Below, piece by piece: positions 50,070 to 60,206 of a DNA stretch of 64,000 nt. Position 1 is the first letter of the stretch; every line of letters starts with the position of its first letter. This DNA is from Candidatus Poribacteria bacterium (lineage in GTDB: Bacteria; Poribacteria; WGA-4E; WGA-3G), in NCBI GenBank assembly GCA_965214095.1, contig OZ243938.1, positions 2,368,001 through 2,432,000 of the forward strand, read 5' to 3'. The notes beneath the pieces were generated by a model. That model did no database searches. It had not been told where the DNA came from and worked only from the letters and a program-made list of their open reading frames with translations. A program made the translations under genes and the position numbers.

Positions 50070-51053
50070 CTAATCAAAACCTAAACGTTTTACTTCGGTT
50101 TGAAGGGAGATTCCTGTTTTTTCTTTCACATGTTTTTGGATATACGCGACTAAGTCTAAGACATCATTCGCAGTGGCGTTGTCAAGGTTGAGGATAAAGT
50201 TGCCGTGTATAGTTGACACCTCTGCTCCACCGATACGGTGTCCTTTCAAACCACTGATGTCTATGAGTCGTCCAGCAGAATCGTCAGGGGGATTTTTGAA
50301 CATACATCCCGCATTCTCTTCAACGAAGGGTTGCGTTTCTATTTTCTGTTTGAATAGGGTGTTCATCTTTGATGTGATTTCGTCAACATCACCGGGTTGT
50401 AGCTTGAGGGTCGCTGCGATAACACAGAAATATGCTTCTAAGCCGCTGTGTCTATATTCAAATTGTGCTTCGTCATGGGTTAGCGTTATCAGTTCACCTG
50501 TATCCTGCATGACTGTAACATCTGTGACGACATCCCCGAAACTGCTGCCCCATGCACCTGCGTTCATTATGAGCGCACCACCGACTGAACCCGGAATACC
50601 GAGCGCGAATTCAACACCACTTAATCCGTTCTTTGACATCAATTTGGAGAGACCTGGTAGTGATTGTCCCGCACCTACGGTGACTATTTCGCCATCTACA
50701 TCCAAATTTGCTAATTCACCGATTAACCGAATACATAATCCTTTGAAACCTTTATCGCTTACCAGCAAATTTGATCCTTTTCCGATAACTGCAACAGGCA
50801 CTTTCCATTCTCGGTGAAATTGCGCTAATGTAACTAAGTCGTCTATTGTGTTTACTTCTATGTATGCTGTTGCTTCTCCACCGATGCCGAAGTGTGTATG
50901 TTTTGCGAGCGGTTCTTGAAAACGGAGTCGTGTGTGTTGTTGGAAATCTATTCTTGATAATTCATCTTTCCAGGTGATACTCACTACGGAGACTAAAGCC
51001 GTGTGCTTCTTTGGCACACAACTCCCTATGTGATTCTTGTTTCCGTCTCTCAT
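50070..51053 (-). CDS. murB: UDP-N-acetylenolpyruvoylglucosamine reductase; first 27 codons derive from the IS right end
   Basis: HTHFGIGG, GKGSNLL, GIPGSVGGALIMNAGA, YRHS, AGCMFKNP, HGNFI and LQTEV motifs. Confidence 0.93.
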   Translation of the reverse strand: MRDGNKNHIGSCVPKKHTALVSVVSITWKDELSRIDFQQHTRLRFQEPLAKHTHFGIGGEATAYIEVNTIDDLVTLAQFHREWKVPVAVIGKGSNLLVSDKGFKGLCIRLIGELANLDVDGEIVTVGAGQSLPGLSKLMSKNGLSGVEFALGIPGSVGGALIMNAGAWGSSFGDVVTDVTVMQDTGELITLTHDEAQFEYRHSGLEAYFCVIAATLKLQPGDVDEITSKMNTLFKQKIETQPFVEENAGCMFKNPPDDSAGRLIDISGLKGHRIGGAEVSTIHGNFILNLDNATANDVLDLVAYIQKHVKEKTGISLQTEVKRLGFD

Positions 51054-51991
51054 GCCTTTTCCTGAACGGTGTTAGGTCTTATTTGGACTCCACAAGCGTA
51101 ACTTCCCGTCTATCCGACGGCAGTTGGTTTTAGATTTATAGCTGCGTTAACATCTCTATCTATAGTTATATCACATTTAGGACAGTGATATGTTCTATCT
51201 GATAATGCTTTTGCCAACTTTTTATTCTTTAGCATATTAGCAACTTTTAAGGTTTCTATGCCGATAGCACTTGCATTATGGACAATAATAAGTAGTAGCT
51301 TTGTGGTGTGCGTCATTTCTAATACAGGCAATCTTGTAATGTAAACGTGCTACGCTTTCTTTGGCTTTATACCAGTTTTTTGATTTATACACTTTTCTAC
51401 TCAAGGCACGATTTTGACGCTTCAACTTTTTTTCATCACGTCTCAATGGTCTTGGGTTTTCATATTTAGTGCCATCACTCAAAGTAGCAAGTGTGTTGAT
51501 ACCTACATCTATACCTATAACAGGGTGCGTTGAGTTGTCAACTGCTTCGGTGTCCTCTGTTTCTACAGTAATAGATATAAACCAACGATGTGCCGTTTTT
51601 GAAATTGTCACACTAATAATCTTTCCAATAAAACGCAACTCTTGAAACATCTGGACCCATCCAATCTTGGGTAATCGGACACGTTTGCCAAGATTGAAAA
51701 TTGTCTTTACATAAACCAACCTTAAAATCAGATAAGGCATGATTATATGCCAATCGGGCATAACCGCTTTGCTGTGAAAACCAATGCCTTTGTCTAAATG
51801 TAGGATCTAATGTTATTTTATGTGTCTTATACATGGCATCACTGCTTCTGTGCAGATTCTGTTTCCCCCTACTAAAGGTGTGGTAGATGTTAGTAGCATC
51901 TACCACTGAAACAGTCTAAATAGTATACCACAAAAAAATAGATTAATATACAAACTTTCTTGACCCAAGTCTAAAGACTTGGTATTGTTAA
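50974..51991 (-). mobile_element. Non-autonomous IS200/IS605 (tnpB-only) element inserted in the murB 5' end
   Basis: Left hairpin CCCAAGTCTAAAGACTTGG at 51964-51982 identical to the 18112 copy; right hairpin CACGGCTTTAGTCTCCGTAG followed by ...TCAC. Confidence 0.8.
51110..51834 (-). pseudogene. tnpB: tnpB pseudogene with two internal deletions and frameshifts
   Basis: MYKTHKITLDPT..., VIGIDVG, IGIETL and CPKC..IDRDVNAA distributed over three ORFs. Confidence 0.9.
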
Positions 51992-52014
51992 TGAAGTCCC
52001 TTCATATATTTCTC

Positions 52015-52830
52015 CTAATCGTGTGTCTGAAAACGATATACTTCTTGTGCGTTTTCGGATAGGTTTGTCCATATCTCTTCTGGAACACGTGCGTTGAATA
52101 TATTTGGTGCATCAGGTGCATGGTGAAATCTGCGAAAATAGACCAACGCGAACATGTGTCGGCGTGTTTGCGTGCGGTTCGGCATTGCACGATGCCAACA
52201 CCGCATATCCCGAACTACTATAGAACCTGCGGGCATGACTAACTGAAATGAAGGGAGTTGGGCAGCCCGTTCCTCTTCACATACGTTGTAGGGTGTATTT
52301 CGAACTGCTTCGTCATCAATGATGAGATGTGAGCCGGGCCACACTTCCGTTGCACCGTTTTCCACCGTAAAGTCAACCAGTGGAATGTTAACAACTATTG
52401 ATGTGACTGGCAGTGCAAACGGTAACTCAGGAAAGAGTTGACCGGAATCTCTATGGATCCATTGTATATCAGAACCCGGTGCAGTTGAGTTGCATCCGTA
52501 GGGCAAATATGCAAATATCTTTTCTCCCATGACCGCCTTCATTATCGGCAAGGCAAAAGAGTTGTCAATTATCCGGGCATCCATGAATGGCATCTTTAGC
52601 ATCGGGTGTATGCCGTTGTGGACTTCATCTCCGTTATCAAGAACTGACTGCATTGCTGTGTTGATCGTTTCTATCCAATCGCGAGGAAGAACACTTTCAA
52701 TGACAACTAATCCTGTTTCGCGTAGAAGGCGTGCGGCAGCATCTATGCTCTCTGATGTAGGTTTGTTTTCAGCACGTTCCTGTGCTGATATTTCTAACTT
52801 AGGTATGTTGATTGTTGTTCCTGAACTCAC
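52015..52830 (-). CDS. PhyH family dioxygenase
   Basis: IHRD, NGATEVWPGSH and WHRAMPN...R motifs. Confidence 0.9.
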   Translation of the reverse strand: MSSGTTINIPKLEISAQERAENKPTSESIDAAARLLRETGLVVIESVLPRDWIETINTAMQSVLDNGDEVHNGIHPMLKMPFMDARIIDNSFALPIMKAVMGEKIFAYLPYGCNSTAPGSDIQWIHRDSGQLFPELPFALPVTSIVVNIPLVDFTVENGATEVWPGSHLIIDDEAVRNTPYNVCEEERAAQLPSFQLVMPAGSIVVRDMRCWHRAMPNRTQTRRHMFALVYFRRFHHAPDAPNIFNARVPEEIWTNLSENAQEVYRFQTHD

Positions 52831-52838
52831 GGTCAGAC

Positions 52839-53591
52839 CTATCCTTCTGTTTGATTTGGTGGTAGTTTCAATGCTTCTCTCACTTCTTGACGAACTATGT
52901 TACAAGTTTTTACTACATGTTCAGCATTTCCCGAAGTAGCAGATTTACCGGGATAACGAAATTCCACAGCATAAGGAGCAATAGTAGAAAAATCTGTTTG
53001 CCAAATATTCCAATCTGGAATAGTAGGAAGAATCAGACCTAATAATGCTAACAAATCATGTGATCTTGGTAACGGAATGTTTGTCTCTTGTAACCATGCC
53101 TTTAAATACTTCTCTATACACTGTTGTGCGTGGAAACAGATATGATCATAATCTGGTGATGATGCCTGTTGATGCAATCCTATGGCATTATAATCTCTTT
53201 CGGCTTTCTGCACCCACTCAAGTGTTAATGGATTCATACCCTCCTCTTTCTTTTTGAAAGGTTTGCTGACAAAGCTAATATTTCCATAAAGCACTTTACC
53301 TCTTTCTGTGATCTCACGAAGAAACCAATCGTTGTGTGAGATTCTATAAGCGATCTCATCTGGTGTCCGCACGAGCAAATCCATGCTAAAGCGACGTGGG
53401 ATACGTTGCCATATCTCTGCAGCTTGCTTGGTTGTCTCCGATTCTGAGATATCCATCACAACCAACAAATCAACATCTGAGTCTTCTTTTGGCGTGCCGT
53501 AGGCGTGGGAACCAAATAGAATAACTTGAAGCGGTGAGAATTCACGAACAATATCGTCACAGGTTGCTTGAATGTCATCTTGCGTAATCAT
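52839..53591 (-). CDS. Fused minimal nucleotidyltransferase (MNT)-HEPN protein
   Basis: LFGSHAYG...SDVDLLV; FHAQQCIEKYLKA, RSHDL and FRYP; SD and ATG at 53591, second SD and ATG at 53237. Confidence 0.85.
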   Translation of the reverse strand: MITQDDIQATCDDIVREFSPLQVILFGSHAYGTPKEDSDVDLLVVMDISESETTKQAAEIWQRIPRRFSMDLLVRTPDEIAYRISHNDWFLREITERGKVLYGNISFVSKPFKKKEEGMNPLTLEWVQKAERDYNAIGLHQQASSPDYDHICFHAQQCIEKYLKAWLQETNIPLPRSHDLLALLGLILPTIPDWNIWQTDFSTIAPYAVEFRYPGKSATSGNAEHVVKTCNIVRQEVREALKLPPNQTEG

Positions 53592-53611
53592 GACCTTTCT
53601 CCTTATTGGCA

Positions 53612-53641
53612 AGTATAGCATGGAAGCATAACAGATGTCAA
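53612..53641 (-). promoter_or_regulatory. Promoter of MNT-HEPN
   Basis: Minus strand TTGACA-18 bp-TATACT with TG extension. Confidence 0.65.
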
Positions 53642-53738
53642 TATGGGTGTGAAATGGTTTGACATTCATATTGTATAGTTTACAAATCTATATGCTGCTA
53701 TAATACAATCAGTTCAATCCGATGGAGGAATAATTCCC

Positions 53739-56336
53739 ATGAAACATATATTCCCGATTCTTGTACTTCTCATCGTATTTGCCAGTTGTTCCCCACCAGA
53801 ACCCGTGGAGTTCCCCGACCCAAATTTAGCTGCTGCTGTACGCGAAGAATTAAGTTTATCCCCTGATGAACCTATTATGAATAATCAACTAAAAGAACTT
53901 ACAATTCTGATAGTTTCAGGGAAAAAGATAAAAGACCTAAAAGGTTTAGAAAAAGCAAAAGGATTGACACATTTGTATCTGAGTGGACATCAAATTTTGG
54001 ATCTCACACCACTTGAAAAATTAAACAAATTGGATTCCATAGATCTTTCATCCAATCCAATTACTGATTTCACTACTATCTCAAAATTCAAGAAACTTGA
54101 GAAATTAAGACTTAGTAATAACAACATAAGGGATATTTCATTTCTGAGCAACCTAAAAAAGTTAAATTTATTAGATCTTAACATGAATCGTATCACTGAT
54201 ATCACACCGCTTGCTAATCTGATTAATATGAAGACGTTATTTCTTGAGAACAATGAAATTACCGATACTGCACCACTGTATGATTTGACCCAACTCATGA
54301 CGTTACGTCTAAGGTATAATAAAATTTCGAACCTATCTGGACTTGAAAACAAGATAAATCTGAAGAACTTACTTTTATCCAACAATGAAATAACTGACAT
54401 TTTACCCCTTACGAACCAGACGGAACTCTCCGAATTACATCTGGACTATAACAAAATCAAAGATATTTCTCCTCTCACTAATTTATCAAAATTAAGGGAA
54501 TTGCACCTGACAAGCAATGAAATCAACAATATAACACCACTTGCTGATAAATCTAACATAACAAACTTAAGCCTGGCCCAAAATGAGATTAGTGATCTCG
54601 CTCCCATTAGCACCTTAACAAAGCTAAACTATCTACACTTAAATGACAATTACATCAAAGACGTAACCCCTCTTAAAAGATTGACTAATCTGACACGATT
54701 GCAATTAAGAGATAACGAAATCACAGATATAACACCGTTAAATGACTTACCCCAGTTGAGGGACTTAGAAGTAGGAGGTAATCCAGTTTATGATATGACA
54801 CTTGTTGAATCTATCAAACAGACTCAGAGACAAAAGTTCAGTGATAAACAGACAAGTTCGTCTTCGAAAGAAAAACCGATCCAAGAACCATCTCCTACTC
54901 CACAAACCACGATATTTCCCGATCCGAACTTAGCCGCTGCAGTCCGTAAAGCACTCGGTTTAAATCCAACAGACCCTATTACGCAAGAGAAACTCAACTC
55001 GTTAGGAGTTCTAGATTACGTAAGAGGTGTAACCGATCTAACAGGATTGGAAAAGGTAAACAATTTAGTGAAGTTAAGTATCGTTACGCATCAGATTAAA
55101 GATATTTCACCAATTAAAGAATTGACCAAACTCGAATTTCTATATTTGTCTAACGGAGAAATTAGCGATCTAACCCCACTCGCAGGTCTAACACAGTTGA
55201 AATTCTTATTTCTGGCAGGAAACCAAATTAGCGATCTAACCCCACTTGCGGGTCTAATAAATCTGAGAATATTATCACTCGGTGCTAATCAGATACGGGA
55301 CATCAGTCCACTTGTTGGGTTGAAGAATTTAGCAAGTTTGCGTTTCAGGGAAGTTCACGTTTTTGATGAAAGCATACATAACGATATCAGCGACATTACA
55401 CCGCTAAAAGAGTTGCCCCAACTTAATACCTTAGCACTTAGTCGTGGAACTCTTACAGACATAACCCCACTCGCAAGTATAAAGAGTTTAATGGAGTTAT
55501 TTATTGCAGAGAACCATATTAGTGATTTAACCCCTCTCTCAGAATTGAAATACCTAAGGAACTTAACCATTGAACAGAATAAAATTAGTGACCTTACACC
55601 TCTTTCAAAGTTGAAATTGTTGGAATCCCTTAGTATCAAAGATAATCCAATTAGCGACATAACTCCTCTCGGTGATTTAAAACACCTGACGAGTTTGTCA
55701 CTGTTTAATAATCAGATTGGCGACATCGCACCCCTTGCAGAATTGATACATCTGAATTCATTATATATTAGCGAGGCACAAGTTAGGGATATCACTTCAC
55801 TATCAGAGTTGAAGCATCTTACGGATTTATCAATTCGTGAGTGTCCGATTGAGGATCTAACAGCACTTGGACAATTATCACGACTAAGAAGTCTATCATT
55901 GTCAAATGGAGGGTTAGTAGATGAGCTAACACCTCTTGGCAGATTGACCAAACTAGAACGTTTATCTTTATCAAGCAATCAGATTAAGAGTATTACGCAA
56001 CTTGGCACAGTACTACCTAAAATGAGGCATCTAACCAATTTAGAGTTAAACGATAATCAAATACAAGATGTATCTCTACTGACAAAGATTACACAACTCA
56101 CAAGATTATCACTTGGTAAGAATCAAATCCGAGACATAACTCCCCTCGCTGGAATGACAAAACTAACATTGTTATATATGGCAAACAACCAAATCCGGGA
56201 TATCAGTACTGTTGAGAACTTTAAACAGTTAGATGTTCTACATATTAAAGGAAATCCAATTCAGAATCTTTCGCCGATTCGTAGGCTTCGCAAAGAATTG
56301 CCGGATTTGTACGTAGACATCAAAGTTGATCCGTAA
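53739..56336 (+). CDS. Internalin-like LRR lipoprotein with two capped LRR modules
   Basis: Lipobox FASC; FPDPNLAAAVR cap occurs twice; 22-aa LRRs. Confidence 0.92.
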   Translation: MKHIFPILVLLIVFASCSPPEPVEFPDPNLAAAVREELSLSPDEPIMNNQLKELTILIVSGKKIKDLKGLEKAKGLTHLYLSGHQILDLTPLEKLNKLDSIDLSSNPITDFTTISKFKKLEKLRLSNNNIRDISFLSNLKKLNLLDLNMNRITDITPLANLINMKTLFLENNEITDTAPLYDLTQLMTLRLRYNKISNLSGLENKINLKNLLLSNNEITDILPLTNQTELSELHLDYNKIKDISPLTNLSKLRELHLTSNEINNITPLADKSNITNLSLAQNEISDLAPISTLTKLNYLHLNDNYIKDVTPLKRLTNLTRLQLRDNEITDITPLNDLPQLRDLEVGGNPVYDMTLVESIKQTQRQKFSDKQTSSSSKEKPIQEPSPTPQTTIFPDPNLAAAVRKALGLNPTDPITQEKLNSLGVLDYVRGVTDLTGLEKVNNLVKLSIVTHQIKDISPIKELTKLEFLYLSNGEISDLTPLAGLTQLKFLFLAGNQISDLTPLAGLINLRILSLGANQIRDISPLVGLKNLASLRFREVHVFDESIHNDISDITPLKELPQLNTLALSRGTLTDITPLASIKSLMELFIAENHISDLTPLSELKYLRNLTIEQNKISDLTPLSKLKLLESLSIKDNPISDITPLGDLKHLTSLSLFNNQIGDIAPLAELIHLNSLYISEAQVRDITSLSELKHLTDLSIRECPIEDLTALGQLSRLRSLSLSNGGLVDELTPLGRLTKLERLSLSSNQIKSITQLGTVLPKMRHLTNLELNDNQIQDVSLLTKITQLTRLSLGKNQIRDITPLAGMTKLTLLYMANNQIRDISTVENFKQLDVLHIKGNPIQNLSPIRRLRKELPDLYVDIKVDP

Positions 56337-56363
56337 ACATCTCATTGAAAGGAATAGAGGACT

Positions 56364-58769
56364 ATGAAACATATATTCCCGATTCTTGTACTTCTCATCG
56401 TATTCGTCAGTTGTTCCCCACCAGAACCCGTGGAGTTCCCCGACCCGAATTTAGCCGCTGCCGTGCGGGAAGTGCTCAATTTGGATGAACGGACACCCTT
56501 CAAAGAAAAGGATCTGATGAAAATCGAAAGACTTAATGCAAGCAGCAGTCAAATAAGCGATTTAACTGGCATAGAAAAAATGAGAGGATTAACAGAGTTA
56601 TTGCTTAAAAACAATCAGATTGTGGATGTTACACCGCTACAAGGGTTAGAGAAACTGACATTTTTGCATCTCACTGGTAACAAGATTAGTAATATTATAC
56701 CGATTGCCGGATTGACAAATCTAACGCGCCTCACGCTTGGAAACAACCGAATTAATGACATCCAATCCTTAACAAATTTAGCGCAGCTGACAGACTTAAT
56801 CCTCTATTCTAATGATATAAACGACATCACACCGCTCAATGGATTAAGAAAGCTTGAGTCGTTAATGCTTGGCTTTAACCCAATCAAAGATCTTACTCCA
56901 CTTGCAGGTTTGACACAGCTTAAGGAATTAAGACTTGACTACATTCCGATCAAAGACCTTACACCCATTGAAGATTTGACGCAACTGACGAAATTATCAC
57001 TACTGAGTTGCGAAATCAGTGAAATCTCTGCTATCGCTGGATTAACACAACTCAAGGAATTAATGCTTTCATCTAATGAAATGAATGATATTGCTCCGCT
57101 AACAGCGTTAAAACAGTTAAATACCTTAAGCCTCTCCAATAATAAAATCAATGATTTGACTCTGTTGACAGGTCTAACACAATTGGTAGACTTATCCCTT
57201 GAAGCCAATTTAATCAGTGACCTAACACCTCTTGAGGGACTAACACAATTGAAGAGATTGGAATTAACGAGAAATAAAATTAGCGACTTTTCACCACTTG
57301 CAGGATTAACACAACTGACAAAATTATCGCTTGCACATAATAAAATCAGTAAGATAGAATTCATCGATGGTTTTGAACATCTTTCGCGATTAGATTTGGG
57401 ATATAATGAGATTCAAGATTTAACATCTATTGTTGCAATGCTTAAAAATTTGCCTGATCTTCAATCCTTTTCCCTTGCTCATAATAAAATAAACGACATT
57501 ACTCCTCTTGAAGAAATGACGCAGATTAGCAGATTAGACCTTAGATATAATGAGATAAGTGGTATTGACCCGCTTGCTAATTTGACACAACTTCATGATT
57601 TAGACTTATCAAACAATATGATAAGTGATGTTGTACCTCTAAGAGAATTAACACAACTCTATAGTTTAGCACTTTATGATAATCAAATTACAGACATCAC
57701 TTCATTTGGTGGATTTAAATTCCTTCAACTTCTTTTTCTACAAAACAACCAAATTAGTGATATTTCTCCGCTTGCTGAATTAAGTTCACTTAGAGCATTA
57801 TTAATCAGTAGAAATAAAATAACTGACATTAATCCGCTGGTAGAGAGAAAACGACTTTGGAGTTTATTTCTTGATGGAAATCTTATTACAGATATTTCAC
57901 CGCTCAAAGAACTCACAAATATTAAAAATCTCCAGTTACATAATAACGATATTGTTGACATCACACCACTTGCTGGATTAACAGAAATTACAGAATTAAA
58001 TCTAAGTTCCAATCAAATTACAGACATCACTGCCCTTGAAGGGTTAACACAAATTACCAATTTGGAAATTAATGACAATCAAATTGATGATATTATACCA
58101 CTTAAGGAATTAACACAAATTACAAACCTATCACTTAACAACAATCAAATCATCGACATTTCCCCACTGAATGGAAAAACAAAACTGATACGTCTTTCAC
58201 TATCAAAAAACAAAATTGTTGATCTTACTCCGTTAGGAGGATTGAATCAACTGGAAGGTTTATTTTTGGATAGCAATAAAATTAGTGATTTGACATTAGT
58301 TAAGAAGTTTACGAAACTTTCATATTTATCACTTGTGAACAACAATATTGACGACTTCACACCACTTACAGAATTAACGAACCTCACGGAAATAATAGTT
58401 GGCGGAAGCAATTTTAGAGACCTTACACAACTCACTTCAGTTTTGACTAAATTGCCGCGTTTTGTCTTCTTAACAGTCAAAGAAAGCGATATTACTGATA
58501 TAACGCCACTAGCACAGTTAACAGAATTAAAACAATTAAGACTTGTTCAGACCAAAATCAGTGATATTACCCCTATTTCGCAATTGTCTAAGTTATATGG
58601 CTTATGGTTGAATGACAATCAAATTTCTGACATCACTCCACTAAAAGGATTAACACAACTGCGGTTTTTAAATCTTAAAAACAACCCAATTCGTGATATT
58701 TCCCCGATTCAGCGACTACGTAAAAATAATCCGAATTTAGAGGTAAATATTGATGGTACAGACCCATAA
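56364..58769 (+). CDS. Internalin-like LRR lipoprotein
   Basis: Lipobox FVSC, FPDPNLAAAVR cap, 22-aa LRRs. Confidence 0.92.
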   Translation: MKHIFPILVLLIVFVSCSPPEPVEFPDPNLAAAVREVLNLDERTPFKEKDLMKIERLNASSSQISDLTGIEKMRGLTELLLKNNQIVDVTPLQGLEKLTFLHLTGNKISNIIPIAGLTNLTRLTLGNNRINDIQSLTNLAQLTDLILYSNDINDITPLNGLRKLESLMLGFNPIKDLTPLAGLTQLKELRLDYIPIKDLTPIEDLTQLTKLSLLSCEISEISAIAGLTQLKELMLSSNEMNDIAPLTALKQLNTLSLSNNKINDLTLLTGLTQLVDLSLEANLISDLTPLEGLTQLKRLELTRNKISDFSPLAGLTQLTKLSLAHNKISKIEFIDGFEHLSRLDLGYNEIQDLTSIVAMLKNLPDLQSFSLAHNKINDITPLEEMTQISRLDLRYNEISGIDPLANLTQLHDLDLSNNMISDVVPLRELTQLYSLALYDNQITDITSFGGFKFLQLLFLQNNQISDISPLAELSSLRALLISRNKITDINPLVERKRLWSLFLDGNLITDISPLKELTNIKNLQLHNNDIVDITPLAGLTEITELNLSSNQITDITALEGLTQITNLEINDNQIDDIIPLKELTQITNLSLNNNQIIDISPLNGKTKLIRLSLSKNKIVDLTPLGGLNQLEGLFLDSNKISDLTLVKKFTKLSYLSLVNNNIDDFTPLTELTNLTEIIVGGSNFRDLTQLTSVLTKLPRFVFLTVKESDITDITPLAQLTELKQLRLVQTKISDITPISQLSKLYGLWLNDNQISDITPLKGLTQLRFLNLKNNPIRDISPIQRLRKNNPNLEVNIDGTDP

Positions 58770-58779
58770 AGAAAAAATC

Positions 58780-60180
58780 ATGATGAAACATACTTGCCTA
58801 ATTTTTGCACTTCTTTCACTATTTCTCAGTTGCTCGCTTTTCAAGCAAGAAATTATACCCGATGAGAACTTAGCTGCTGCAATTCGATCAGAACTAAAAT
58901 TAGCACCAAACGATCCTATTTCAAAAGAAGATCTGCAAGAGTTAGAGATGCTATTAGCCGTGAAGAGAGGAATAAAGAATCTAAATGGTTTGGAAAAAGC
59001 TGTAAATTTAAGTATTTTGACGCTTGATATGAACGAAATTAGAAACATCACTCCCCTATCAAAACTAAAACAACTTACCTCATTATCTCTTGGTGACAAT
59101 AAAATCCGAAATATCAGACCACTTGCTAAATTGACTGGACTCGAGACGTTAAGCCTTACTAACAACGAAATTGATGACATTACACCCATAGCAAAGTTAA
59201 AGCAACTTACAGAGTTAGAACTTCAAAGGCATCATATCAATGACCCGAAACACCTCTTTGGTGTGCTTACGGAATTGCCTCAACTTACCGATCTCAATCT
59301 TGAACTAAACGAAATAAGCGACATTACGCCAATCTCAAAATTGACGCAGCTTACAAAATTATCACTTGATGGCAGTCAAATTACGGATATTACACCGATT
59401 ACTAAACTGACGCAACTGGCAGATTTAACGCTCTATAAATGCTTAATCACAGACATAAAGCCGATTGCCGAACTGACGCAACTTACAAACTTAACACTTG
59501 ATGGTAGCCAAATTGTAGACTTTGACCCATTAACTGAGATGACACAACTCACGCGGTTGTCACTTCAAAATTGTCACATATCGGATATCACACCTTTCAC
59601 TAAAATGACAGAACTCACAGCTTTCTCATTATATAAATGTCAAACTACAGACTTCACACCGATTACAGAAATGAACAATTTGAAATTCTTAGGACTCGGC
59701 GGTACACCAATCAAAGACATAACATTTCTTGCTAAATTAAAGCAGTTAGACTCCCTATCACTCCCAGACTGTCATATCAGTGACATCCATCCACTAAGTG
59801 AACTAAAACAACTCAGTATGTTGATTCTCAACAGTAATGAAATTAGGGATGTTTCACCGCTTGTTGTTTTAGATGAACTTCAATTTTTAGCCCTTAGAAA
59901 TAATCAAATAAGCAATATCTCAACACTTGCTGAATTGTCTGAACTTCAGTCTCTGATGCTTGATGATAATCAAATAAGCGATATTTCAACACTTAACACA
60001 TTGACAAACCTTGAGATTTTATCACTGGCGAAAAACGAAATTACAGACATCAGCAACCTTGAAAACTTGGAAAATCTCAAATGGTTAGTTATACAGGAGA
60101 ACCCAATTCAAGATAAGACAGCAATTCGCAGACTCCGGAAACAGATTCCACATTTGCAAATTTTAGAAACTAATCACTAA
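58780..60180 (+). CDS. Internalin-like LRR lipoprotein
   Basis: MMKHT... start, FLSC lipobox, IPDENLAAAIR cap. Confidence 0.9.
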   Translation: MMKHTCLIFALLSLFLSCSLFKQEIIPDENLAAAIRSELKLAPNDPISKEDLQELEMLLAVKRGIKNLNGLEKAVNLSILTLDMNEIRNITPLSKLKQLTSLSLGDNKIRNIRPLAKLTGLETLSLTNNEIDDITPIAKLKQLTELELQRHHINDPKHLFGVLTELPQLTDLNLELNEISDITPISKLTQLTKLSLDGSQITDITPITKLTQLADLTLYKCLITDIKPIAELTQLTNLTLDGSQIVDFDPLTEMTQLTRLSLQNCHISDITPFTKMTELTAFSLYKCQTTDFTPITEMNNLKFLGLGGTPIKDITFLAKLKQLDSLSLPDCHISDIHPLSELKQLSMLILNSNEIRDVSPLVVLDELQFLALRNNQISNISTLAELSELQSLMLDDNQISDISTLNTLTNLEILSLAKNEITDISNLENLENLKWLVIQENPIQDKTAIRRLRKQIPHLQILETNH

Positions 60181-60206
60181 TCAAGGTGGTAACGAGGAAC
60201 TATAAT

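Noticed and set aside
50173-50817. 214-aa antisense ORF (and the many other short overlapping ORFs in the track)
   Set aside because: Shadows of well-supported genes on the opposite strand or another frame, with no motifs or SD.
50974-51991. IStron (group I intron-IS hybrid) that would splice out of murB mRNA
   Set aside because: Only about 155 nt lie between the left end and tnpB, too short for a group I core; no P7-like motifs seen and the element does not appear to end in G.
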